Positions 18,478-27,256 of a stretch of 40,363 bases of DNA are shown here, one piece after another. Numbering within the stretch: position 1 is the stretch's first letter; each line of letters opens with the position of its first letter. The position numbers were made by a program, and so were the translations under genes. Where the stretch lies: positions 1-40,363 of the forward strand of contig JANPLU010000007.1 in the NCBI GenBank assembly GCA_031422435.1, read 5' to 3'. Below the pieces are notes generated by a model that did no database searches, was not told the origin of the DNA, and saw only the letters and a list, made by a program, of their open reading frames with translations. Source of the stretch: Acaryochloridaceae cyanobacterium VAR_48_metabat_390. Its GTDB lineage: Bacteria; Cyanobacteriota; Cyanobacteriia; Thermosynechococcales; Thermosynechococcaceae.

Positions 18478-19254
18478 CTATTTCCCACCACGCCCCGTAC
18501 TTTTGAAGGATGAGCCAAACCCCTGTTTGCCACGTCCTGAAATCGTTCCTCGGGCAGAGGTTCCATCAGGGCGTTGGGGAGCTTGGTTGGCGGTGTATCT
18601 GGGTACTGTTACCCGTCCCGTTGCGGTTTTTGACACTGTTTGACCAAAGGCGGTTACGACCTGTCCAGGGGTATTGCTGGCATAGACTGGACGCGTTTCA
18701 TAAACCCGTCGGTAGTAGCCACCATAGTTGACGTAACTGTACTGCGGAGAGCTGTAGGGATACAAGTAGGTGCCGCCATAGACGGGACGGTAGCCTGAGC
18801 TAGCCGAAGACGTAACTGTCTCGCACTGTACACCTTCAGATTGGCAGTCTTGCAAGTTGGCATAGATAGGAGCCGTTCGTTCATGCTCTTGACGGGCTTC
18901 TAAAAGCTGCGGCGCACAGTCTTCCGGCTTCATGATGGGAGGAGTCGGCGCTTGCTTTAGTTCGCCCCGTTGAGATGCGGCTAACTGAGCCTGATAGTTT
19001 TGGTTCTGTTGTTTAATATCGGCTTTGCACTGCTGCTCTGTTTCATAAAAGACGGCATCAATCGGTTCGTTTTGAGTTTGATCGAGATCTGGCTTATCGC
19101 AGCTCGATACAAGCAGTGCAGCAATGGCGGCGATCGCCAAACTTTGCTGAACACGTTCCCTCTGAATCAGACGGGGTTCTAGAACTTTTCGATTGTGCTT
19201 ATTGTGAGTCATTCCCGTAGTGTGTCGATCAGCTTCTACGTTTAGTTTTCCCAC
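18478..19254 (-). CDS. DUF1190/YgiB-like lipoprotein with Gly/Arg-rich tail (start GTG 19254 or ATG 19212)
   Basis: Lipobox LLVSSC; YETEQQC...DC...AP.Y.NLQDC...QC Cys pattern; C-terminal GRGKQGFGSSFKSTGRGGK; 3 nt upstream of the GspS-type gene. Confidence 0.75.
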   Translation of the reverse strand: MGKLNVEADRHTTGMTHNKHNRKVLEPRLIQRERVQQSLAIAAIAALLVSSCDKPDLDQTQNEPIDAVFYETEQQCKADIKQQNQNYQAQLAASQRGELKQAPTPPIMKPEDCAPQLLEARQEHERTAPIYANLQDCQSEGVQCETVTSSASSGYRPVYGGTYLYPYSSPQYSYVNYGGYYRRVYETRPVYASNTPGQVVTAFGQTVSKTATGRVTVPRYTANQAPQRPDGTSARGTISGRGKQGFGSSFKSTGRGGK

Positions 19255-19262
19255 TCTGTTCT

Positions 19263-19300
19263 ACGATTGCTGCTTTAGGAACTTCTAAAGCAGCAATCGT
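19263..19300. repeat. Perfect 16-bp inverted repeat in the intergenic spacer
   Basis: ACGATTGCTGCTTTAG-GAACTT-CTAAAGCAGCAATCGT. Confidence 0.9.
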
Positions 19301-19330
19301 TCCATCTGTTTCTCCCAAGAGTCATAAGTA

Positions 19331-20362
19331 TTAACTCACTGCAACTCTCACAGCAGAATAGTCCAAAGGAAAAGAGTGAATGGGTGTCCAGTGATTTTGA
19401 TTGAGCGATTGGTAGGCCGCTTCAATGGCCTCAACCGAGGCGATCGCATCTGCCATCGTAATCAGCAGTGGCTCCTGCTTTAAAATCGCTTTTGAGAAGT
19501 TTTCAATTTGGCTGCGGAATGACTGCACTTTGTTATAGCCCTGCCCAAACACTACCCAGTCTTGACTGGCGCTTTGACGATACTTAGATTCCTTCCACCC
19601 CACTGAAATGGTGCCGTTAGATCCGTAAATTCGTAGATAGTAGTCAAGTTCTTTATTAATGCTCCAAGACAGATCAATATTGCCCATCACGCCGCTGCTG
19701 CTTTTTGCAAAAATCCGCACCGTATCTTCTACGGCGAGATTTTGCGTGCGTTTGCCTTCTACAACCTGAATTTCTGCCAAAGGTCCTAAAAAGTAGCGCA
19801 TAATGTCCACCGAATGGGTGCCATTGTCCATCAAAACGCCACCACCACTAATTTCAGGGTTCGCATTCCAGCGGCTAGACATATCGACGCGAGACGTAAA
19901 CGCATTTTCAAACAGCACAATCTCGCCCAAAATGCCCGATTCAACAATGCTTTTCGCCCGAACTACATCCTCGGCATAGCGAAACTTAGAGGCCATGGTG
20001 AGCAGTACGCCCATTTCTTGAGCAGCGGCTTTCATGGCTAAAGCACCTTGACTATTGATGCTAAAAGGCTTTTCGCACAGCACGTGTTTACCCTGCTGCA
20101 CCAGCTCCATACAAATGCTGGGATGAGTGGAGGGCGGTGTACATACCACCACGGCATCAAGCTGCTCTACGCTGGCAAGCATGGCTTGATGGGAGCTAAA
20201 TGCCTCGCACTTAAGTGCTTCTGCCATTGCGGTGGCTGCTTCGGGTCGCAGATCTGCGATCGCCACCAGTTCTGCCCATTCCGTCTGTGCAAAGGCTTGC
20301 CCGTAGGCTTGGGCAATGCCGCCCGCTCCCACTAACCCAAACTTGACTTTTGTTTGACACAT
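19331..20362 (-). CDS. Gfo/Idh/MocA family NAD-dependent oxidoreductase
   Basis: GAGGIA Rossmann motif, HVLCEKP, GGGVLMDNGTHSVD. Confidence 0.92.
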   Translation of the reverse strand: MCQTKVKFGLVGAGGIAQAYGQAFAQTEWAELVAIADLRPEAATAMAEALKCEAFSSHQAMLASVEQLDAVVVCTPPSTHPSICMELVQQGKHVLCEKPFSINSQGALAMKAAAQEMGVLLTMASKFRYAEDVVRAKSIVESGILGEIVLFENAFTSRVDMSSRWNANPEISGGGVLMDNGTHSVDIMRYFLGPLAEIQVVEGKRTQNLAVEDTVRIFAKSSSGVMGNIDLSWSINKELDYYLRIYGSNGTISVGWKESKYRQSASQDWVVFGQGYNKVQSFRSQIENFSKAILKQEPLLITMADAIASVEAIEAAYQSLNQNHWTPIHSFPLDYSAVRVAVS

Positions 20363-20426
20363 TTTTATTCACCCTTTCAATAACAGTTTGATCGCAAGAC
20401 CTACCCTCTTTATTCATTCATCCACA

Positions 20427-21650
20427 TCACATCGACAAATCAGAAATTGCCGTCTTCAGCGCCCGTGCAATGTAGTCAATATGCTCATCGGTATAGGCTT
20501 CATTCCAAGGCAGCACCAGCACCCGCTCTAACCCCTCAAAAGTGCCAGGAAACTTTTGAGGACTGTAATCTACCGCTTCTGGACGTGCCAAGTTAAACGG
20601 AAAACGAGAATTGCCAAAGGTGCGCTGATCTTGAATCACGGCGCACTGAAACGCAGGCTTTTGGATATAGCGCGGGGCTGAAAAAATGCCGAAGTCTTCT
20701 TTAAGGCGCTTTGCCAAACCTACCGCACCCTCGGTAATTTTTCGGGCGTCTACACTCAGGCAATACTTCCAAAAAACGTGGGTGTTTCGAGGGTCTTGCC
20801 AAGGCGTTTCAATACCAGCAATGCCTTGGAGCATAGCCGTCAACTTTTGGGCACTAGCCTGCCGCTTTGCCACAATGTCTTTAAGCTTAGCGAGCTGAGC
20901 AACCGCCACCGCGCCCTGAAGCTCACACATGCGGTAGTTGGGCGCAATAAAGTAGTGGTCGGGGTTGGGATCGCCATAGCCAAAGGCTTTATTGATAAAT
21001 AAGAACATACGGCGGGCTAGTGCATCATCATTGGTGGTAACAATGCCCCCTTCGCCTGTGGTGATGTGTTTGCCCTGCTGCAAGCTAAAGCAGCCAATAG
21101 TTCCAATGCCGCCTACGAACTGACCGCTATGGGTGGCGAGAAATCCTTGTGCGCTGTCTTCAATGACCGGAATGCCGCGCGCATTTGCCAGCGCCATAAT
21201 TTCCGTCATCTCGCAGGGGTTGCCAAACAGATGGGTGACGATGATGGCTTTGGTGCGATCGCTAATGCATTTCTCAATCGTTTCTGCCGTCACGTTCCAG
21301 GTGCGCGGGTCAACATCTGCAAACACAGGGATAGCAGTCTGGTACAAAATGGGCGTTAAGGCTCCCATGTCCGTTATAGAAGTAGTGATAACTTCATCTC
21401 CAGGCTCTGGGTCAATGGCGGCGATCGCCGTATGTACCGCTGCCGAGCCTGAAGCACACGCATAGGCATACTTCACCCCGATCAGATCTGCGAAACTTTG
21501 CTCAAGTTGCTTAACAAATTTCCCCTTAGTGCTGGTTAGTGTCCCGCTATGAACCGCCTCCATGAGAAGCTGAATTTCTTCGGTGCCAAGGGTACGGCCT
21601 GATGCATCTTGATCAGAAGGTAATGTTAAGCAGTGATCTTGAACAAGCAT
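20427..21650 (-). CDS. DegT/DnrJ/EryC1/StrS family PLP-dependent sugar aminotransferase
   Basis: SGSAAVH, PGDEVIT, PVFADVD, IEDSAQ, FSLQQGKHITTGEGG, NYRMCELQGAV. Confidence 0.93.
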   Translation of the reverse strand: MLVQDHCLTLPSDQDASGRTLGTEEIQLLMEAVHSGTLTSTKGKFVKQLEQSFADLIGVKYAYACASGSAAVHTAIAAIDPEPGDEVITTSITDMGALTPILYQTAIPVFADVDPRTWNVTAETIEKCISDRTKAIIVTHLFGNPCEMTEIMALANARGIPVIEDSAQGFLATHSGQFVGGIGTIGCFSLQQGKHITTGEGGIVTTNDDALARRMFLFINKAFGYGDPNPDHYFIAPNYRMCELQGAVAVAQLAKLKDIVAKRQASAQKLTAMLQGIAGIETPWQDPRNTHVFWKYCLSVDARKITEGAVGLAKRLKEDFGIFSAPRYIQKPAFQCAVIQDQRTFGNSRFPFNLARPEAVDYSPQKFPGTFEGLERVLVLPWNEAYTDEHIDYIARALKTAISDLSM

Positions 21651-21744
21651 AGAACTTTCCTATATTTTATAACTATCAAAAATTAAAGAGGATTAAAATC
21701 AAACTTCAGCTATTGTTGGCTTAGATCCATTTTATAGACGCATC

Positions 21745-22914
21745 TTAATCTTTCCTTGATTTTATGTTCTGACGATAAATTGCGCTCGCTAAATAAAATA
21801 TTTCTTCAAAATAGCTCTTACTTTGAACTGCTAAAATGCCAAGGCTAAAAAGCTGGATAGAGAGCATTAAAGACATTCCTCCAATTACAAATGCGTGAGG
21901 TGCCTGCTGAAAGGCTTCAGCGACCGCTACGGTCGGATCTGGGTAGGGGTTTGACTGTAGCAATAATTGATAATTAGACCAGCAGTGAATTAAAACCCAT
22001 CCATTGGCATAGAGCGAAAGCAAAAATAGAATAAGGCTAGGCAGAATAAAAAACATAACGGGTCGAAAAATGAAGCCATAAAAGAGGATGGCCCAAGTGT
22101 GCCGCAATATTTTCATGCTTGAGGCTCTGCCTTTGGGTCTGTGCAGTCTGCGCTGAGTAGACTCCACGCGCTCAGTCGACCAGTTAAGATGGGCGGGAAC
22201 TTCTTCAATCCGTGCACCCAAAAGCTGCGCCTTATGAATAATTTCTGGGTTGATATCCATTCCAGTTGCTTTTAAGTTAAGGCTCTTTAGAAAATTCCCT
22301 TCATAGGCTCGAACCATGCCCGTAAAGGTAGATAGGCTCCGCTTTGCGGTAGCAGCAAGAAAGCGGTTTGCCCAAAGGCTTAGCTCTTTTCTTCCGTAAG
22401 GGACGTTTGAAACTTGTCCACCTTCCATATAGGGAGACGCAACTACAATTTGAGCTTGAGTCTCAAGAATTTTCTCTAATAAAATTTCAATATGATAGGG
22501 TGCATAGCTTAAATCAATATCTAAGGTGACAACGTAGTCCCCACTGGCATAGGCAAAGCCGGATTTTAGAGCCTGCCCTAACCCCTGATTGCGAACATGA
22601 TGAATCAAAGTCACGTTAGGCTTATTTTTAGAAAACTGAGCCGCAATGTGCGCCGTTTCATCTTGGCTACCATCATTTACGATGATGAACTCCCAGGTCA
22701 GTCCAGGATGATCTTGCTGCGTGTACTGCTCAATGCGATGTAGGTTTTCTCCTAGAATTTTAGCTTCGTTATAGGCAGGAATCACTAGAGAAATCAGAAG
22801 GGAAGGCGCTTCAGAGTAAGGTTCCACAAAATTTTGGGTTTCTGTTGTCTTTGTCCAGAAGATATGCCGCTCATAGGGTAATGGCTGAGGGGAGCTTGTC
22901 ATATTCATTCGCAT
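21745..22914 (-). CDS. GT2 family glycosyltransferase, polyprenol-phosphate transferase (DPM1/GtrB-like) with two C-terminal TM helices
   Basis: VIPAYNE, VNDGSQD, NQGLGQAL, TLDIDL (DxD), hydrophobic C-terminal segments. Confidence 0.9.
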   Translation of the reverse strand: MRMNMTSSPQPLPYERHIFWTKTTETQNFVEPYSEAPSLLISLVIPAYNEAKILGENLHRIEQYTQQDHPGLTWEFIIVNDGSQDETAHIAAQFSKNKPNVTLIHHVRNQGLGQALKSGFAYASGDYVVTLDIDLSYAPYHIEILLEKILETQAQIVVASPYMEGGQVSNVPYGRKELSLWANRFLAATAKRSLSTFTGMVRAYEGNFLKSLNLKATGMDINPEIIHKAQLLGARIEEVPAHLNWSTERVESTQRRLHRPKGRASSMKILRHTWAILFYGFIFRPVMFFILPSLILFLLSLYANGWVLIHCWSNYQLLLQSNPYPDPTVAVAEAFQQAPHAFVIGGMSLMLSIQLFSLGILAVQSKSYFEEIFYLASAIYRQNIKSRKD

Positions 22915-23065
22915 CCCTCAATTATCCTGTTCAAACTTTAGGGCACTAAGCTTTAGGTTACCCAAATTGATTGACTCTCAATAACACAGAAACCAGAGTG
23001 TTAAGAAAAGCAAATAAAAGAGGTGAAATCATGGCTTGTTAAATAAAAGCGTAATCGATGACAAA

Positions 23066-23108
23066 CCTCCCTCGGATTCTTGAGGATGGATCATTGTTCT
23101 GAGGGAGG
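23066..23108. repeat. 11-bp inverted repeat in the divergent promoter region
   Basis: CCTCCCTCGGA...TCTGAGGGAGG. Confidence 0.5.
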
Positions 23109-23253
23109 GAGGAAGCCGATGGTTCTAGGAATTGCACTGTGGCCGCAAAAACCAGCAGCTGTCTAACCAGGGACTAGGATGCTATTCCCAACGCCCTTGT
23201 ACTTTGGGACACTATGGCAAAAAATAGTTGTAAGTCCTGTAGAATTTTGCTGA

Positions 23254-24009
23254 ATGCTAAAAGCACTCATTTTTGACGTAGATGGCACCCTAGCCGATAC
23301 CGAGCGCGATGGGCATCGCGTGGCCTTTAACCAAGCGTTTCAAGCTGCCAACCTAGACTGGATCTGGTCTGTAGAACTCTACGGTGAACTGTTAGCCATC
23401 ACAGGCGGCAAAGAACGCATTCGTCATTATCTAAATCAATATAACCCTACCTTTCAACCGCCCACCGACCTCAAAGGCTTTATTGCAGGACTCCACGCCG
23501 CCAAAACCGAACATTATTGCACCCTCCTTGCCGAAGGCCGCATTCCCCTACGGACAGGAGTAGAACGGCTGCTTCAGGAGGCGCGACTGGCTGGGTTAAG
23601 ACTGGCGATCGCCACCACTACTACGCTACCCAATGTAACGGTTTTGCTAGAGCATACCTTAGGTAAAGACAGCCTAGGCTGGTTTGACATTATTGCGGCG
23701 GGAGATATTGTGCCTGCTAAAAAGCCCGCGCCAGATATTTACCTATACGTTCTCGAAAAAATGGGCTGGGCACCGGAAGATTGCCTTGCCCTTGAAGATT
23801 CAGAAAATGGCTTAGTCTCTGCGGTGCAAGCCGATCTCAAGACCGTTATTACTATTAACGACTACACTCGCAATCATTCCTTTGAGGGCGCGGCGTTGGT
23901 TTTAGACTGCTTTGGCGAACCCACTGCGCCCTTTCAGGTTTTAGCAGGAGATGCCGCTGGTTCTGGGTATTTCTCTGTGGATACGGCGCGATCGCTGCTA
24001 TCAACCTAA
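23254..24009 (+). CDS. cbbY: CbbY-like HAD-IA sugar phosphatase
   Basis: FDVDGTLADTERDGHRVAFN, GGKERI, KKPAPDIY, EDSENGL. Confidence 0.88.
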   Translation: MLKALIFDVDGTLADTERDGHRVAFNQAFQAANLDWIWSVELYGELLAITGGKERIRHYLNQYNPTFQPPTDLKGFIAGLHAAKTEHYCTLLAEGRIPLRTGVERLLQEARLAGLRLAIATTTTLPNVTVLLEHTLGKDSLGWFDIIAAGDIVPAKKPAPDIYLYVLEKMGWAPEDCLALEDSENGLVSAVQADLKTVITINDYTRNHSFEGAALVLDCFGEPTAPFQVLAGDAAGSGYFSVDTARSLLST

Positions 24010-24230
24010 AGCAAGTCTCATCATTGTCTTTGTAAAGAACCACAACCCGAGAGGGTGAAAACTTCTGATAAAAAGCTACAACCCAAGCCGTAGAGCCATC
24101 TACGACATATTGTGGTTAGCATTTGGCTCAACAAACCGTGCTGAAAGATTAAAAGAAGTTGGAACCCTGACATCTGCTTGGGTAGAATCAATCCATAGCG
24201 AACTGTATAAAGCGAATTAGGACTACGAGC

Positions 24231-25259
24231 TTGAGTTTCTCACACGATGATTTTTTAAAAGCCCTCGATCAGCACGATTTCTCTTTTGAAGTGAACCAGA
24301 CTGTCGTAGGTAAAGTTGCCAGCTACGGCAATGATGGAGCCTATATAGACATTGGCGGTAAATCTGCTGCGCTTTTGCCCCTACGGGAAGTGTCTCTTGG
24401 AGCCGATCAAAAGTTAGAAGAACTGCTGCCCGTCAATACCGAGCGGGAGTTTTTGATCATTCGTGCTCAGGATGAAAATGGGCAAATTACCCTTTCGCTC
24501 AAACAGCTTGAAATCAAAGCATTTTGGGCGCAGCTTCAGGCTTATGAGCCAGGGCAGGCCCTTAAGGTGCGCGTGAACGGCACCAATAAAGGTGGCTTGA
24601 CGGCCAACATTAAGGGCATCAAGGCATTTATTCCGCGATCGCATGTCGTTCAGCGCGAAAACATCGAAGAGCTAGTCGGTCAGCTTATAACCGTCAGTAT
24701 TTTAGAAGTAGACCCCGACCGCAAAAAGCTTGTGCTGTCTCAACGACAGGCGCAGCGCGCGCAACGCATGACGGAGTTGGTCATTGGGCAGCTTGTGAGC
24801 GGCAAAGTCGCCGATCTGCGACCCTTTGGCGCATTTGTAGACCTAGGCGGCGTGAGTGCCCTGCTGCACATCAATAACATTAGCCAAAAATACGTGGCTT
24901 CGGTTAATTCAGTACTGCCTGTCGGAACCGTTCTTAAAGCCGTCATTCTAGACCTAGATGAGGCGCGTGGACGCATCTCGCTGTCTACCAGCGTGCTAGA
25001 AAACCGTCCTGGGGAAATACTCGACGCGTTTGAAGCGGTCATGGCAGAGGCTGAACAGCGCGTCGCCACACAACAGCAGCAAAAAGTAGAGGAAAAAGTA
25101 GAAACAGAGGAAGAAGTAGAGCCATCCAACACAGAGACACCCAGTACAGCAGAAGTAACCGCTGAATCAGGAGCAAAGGCAGCTCCGGCGGCACCTGCCA
25201 AACCGATTGCGGCACCTGTGATTGTCGAACTGAGAGCGCCCAAGCCTCAGCTCCACTAA
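24231..25259 (+). CDS. S1 RNA-binding domain protein (three S1 domains; ribosomal protein S1 paralog) with acidic Ala/Pro tail
   Basis: GAYIDIGGKSAALLP, GGL...AFIPRSH, PFGAFVDLGGVSALLHI; TTG start. Confidence 0.88.
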   Translation: MSFSHDDFLKALDQHDFSFEVNQTVVGKVASYGNDGAYIDIGGKSAALLPLREVSLGADQKLEELLPVNTEREFLIIRAQDENGQITLSLKQLEIKAFWAQLQAYEPGQALKVRVNGTNKGGLTANIKGIKAFIPRSHVVQRENIEELVGQLITVSILEVDPDRKKLVLSQRQAQRAQRMTELVIGQLVSGKVADLRPFGAFVDLGGVSALLHINNISQKYVASVNSVLPVGTVLKAVILDLDEARGRISLSTSVLENRPGEILDAFEAVMAEAEQRVATQQQQKVEEKVETEEEVEPSNTETPSTAEVTAESGAKAAPAAPAKPIAAPVIVELRAPKPQLH

Positions 25260-25313
25260 AGATTATAGATTTATAACCTTCAGACTCTCACCACCTTTCT
25301 TATAGCCCAAGGC

Positions 25314-25348
25314 TTTACCCCTCTCCCCGAGTGGGAGAGGGAAGTAAA
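25314..25348. repeat. CCCTCTCCC/GGGAGAGGG extragenic hairpin
   Basis: CCCTCTCCC-CGAGT-GGGAGAGGG with flanking TTTAC/GTAAA. Confidence 0.6.
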
Positions 25349-25390
25349 AATCTGTGCCAAGCCCCCGATGCCCAGCCGTTTTGTAGCGCC

Positions 25391-27151
25391 ATGACCACCA
25401 AACCTGATTCGATGCGAGCCTCTGTTCCGTCTTTGACGATGGGCAACATTGTTACAATCGGTTTTCAGGTCTTTCGGCTTAACTTTAATGACCACTTTGT
25501 CCGTAGTCTGCTGTCCCACCTGTGGCTATGGCTAGCAATAGTGGGCGCTATCCTCATTTTTGCTATTGTTTTGGGGATCAGCTTAGGCTTTGGCGGCACG
25601 TTAGGGGACTCCAGTACGGTGGTCAGCGTTGTAGGGAGCCTCTTGGGGACGGCCTTTGCACTGCCGCTGGTGCTATTCACAGGCGCACGGATGGCTGCGG
25701 TCAGTGGGGTAATGACCCGAATGGGGTTTAACACCTTACGCAAACGGGTTGAACCCAATGAGCTATATCGTCAGGGTATCTTGCACCGCCTTTGGTCTTA
25801 TCTATTGGCCTGGGTATTGTACTACCTCATTTTGCTCATCGTATACGGCTGGTTCTTTGGCGTTGGGTTTTACTTATTTGTGCTGCTTTCACCTTCCTGG
25901 CAGGCTTTTGAGTCACAAATCATAAACTCTCAGCTGAGGGGAACGTTTATATTGGTGAGCGTTGCCCTAGCGCTAATCTATGGATTAGGCGGAATATTGG
26001 CAGGGTATTACATCTCAGCACGTCTCTGGTTTTTTGATGCCGTGCTTACTATTGAAGAAAATAAATCTGCCTTAGAGTCATTGGTCAGAAGCTGGAAGCT
26101 AACTCGTGGTAGGGGCTGGAACATCATTACGACTATGTTTGCAGCGGGACTAATTACGCTGCCCATTTTGCTGGTTGCAACGACGATTAACATATTTGTG
26201 CCAATTGTCAGTTTACTGACTGGGGTGATTATGCTGCCGCTTTGGCAAGCAATTAAAGCCGTAAGCTTTTACGAGCTTGCTGCTACAAAAACGGGACTTT
26301 TGTTTGACCTGAATTTGACTTCGGCAGATCCTCGTCGATTTTTGCGCCGTGTTGCCATGCAAACGCCTGAGGGGGTAGAGCTAGACTTTGCCCTTGGGGG
26401 AATTGGTAGCCGTACCATTGCCTGGACAGTCGATCAGCTGATTGTGTATCTGGCGCTATCACTATTTTGGCTGACGGGCGCATGGGTTTATGGCTACGTT
26501 ATTTTGCCTATTGTTTCAGCACAATTTGAAACCCTATCGGTAGATGACCTCAACCTTTGGGCTGTGGCGATCGCCGGAATCTTCAGTTTTGCCCTAACCA
26601 ATGGCTACTTTATTACTTGGGAAACCATCTGGCGGGGGCAAACCCCTGGTAAACGGCTGGCAAAGATTCGAGTCGTGCGCGATGATGGTCAGCCCATTGG
26701 GGTAAAAGAAGCGACCCTGCGCAGTTTTGTCGGCTGGTTTGATTTGGGATTCTTTTTTATTGGCCTGATTTTGGTCTTATTGAGTCGATCTGAAAAGCGC
26801 TTAGGCGATATGGCAGCGGGGACCCTGGTCATTCAGGACGAGAAATCAGCACAACAGGATGAAGGTGCAGCGATTCCAACCGTCTTTAGTACGCTGACCA
26901 AAGATACGGCTGAAGTGCTGATGGCGCAAACCGATCCTGCCCTAATCTCTATAGATCACTATTTTATTTTGCAGAACTTTCTAGGCCATCGCTCTGACTT
27001 GGACATAGCCGATCGCAGTCAGGTGACAGCTAAACTTGCAACTCAACTGCGATCGCTCCTACTCCCCAATAGCCCTAATCAACTCGGCGCTATCCCCGAT
27101 GAAACGCTAGTAGAAGCAGCCTATCTGGTCTACCGCCCAAGGCATGAATAG
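25391..27151 (+). CDS. Integral membrane protein: N-terminal multi-TM domain fused to an RDD domain
   Basis: RDD part: TPEGVELDFALGGIGSRTIAWTVD, GQTPGKRLAKIRVV, KRLGDMAAGTLV; N-terminal half with ALESLVRSWKLTRG; ATG 25391 preferred over GTG 25331, which lies inside the hairpin. Confidence 0.85.
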   Translation: MTTKPDSMRASVPSLTMGNIVTIGFQVFRLNFNDHFVRSLLSHLWLWLAIVGAILIFAIVLGISLGFGGTLGDSSTVVSVVGSLLGTAFALPLVLFTGARMAAVSGVMTRMGFNTLRKRVEPNELYRQGILHRLWSYLLAWVLYYLILLIVYGWFFGVGFYLFVLLSPSWQAFESQIINSQLRGTFILVSVALALIYGLGGILAGYYISARLWFFDAVLTIEENKSALESLVRSWKLTRGRGWNIITTMFAAGLITLPILLVATTINIFVPIVSLLTGVIMLPLWQAIKAVSFYELAATKTGLLFDLNLTSADPRRFLRRVAMQTPEGVELDFALGGIGSRTIAWTVDQLIVYLALSLFWLTGAWVYGYVILPIVSAQFETLSVDDLNLWAVAIAGIFSFALTNGYFITWETIWRGQTPGKRLAKIRVVRDDGQPIGVKEATLRSFVGWFDLGFFFIGLILVLLSRSEKRLGDMAAGTLVIQDEKSAQQDEGAAIPTVFSTLTKDTAEVLMAQTDPALISIDHYFILQNFLGHRSDLDIADRSQVTAKLATQLRSLLLPNSPNQLGAIPDETLVEAAYLVYRPRHE

Positions 27152-27256
27152 ATCGAATAGCAGCTTATAAAGGACGAGACTTGAGGGTTGAGCAAAGCCA
27201 AAACCCGAAGGAGTAGTACCATAGTAAGTTGTAATGATTCTTCTAAGTATTAGTAA

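Noticed and set aside
24046..24075. Hammerhead-like GAAA and CTGATA segments
   Set aside because: Order and stem arrangement do not fit the hammerhead core (CUGANGA-stem II-GAAA-stem III-UH).
24740..25243. 167-aa antisense ORF, and similar overlapping ORFs such as 9770-10366, 1959-2318 and 11775-12080
   Set aside because: They overlap well-supported genes and show no recognisable motifs.
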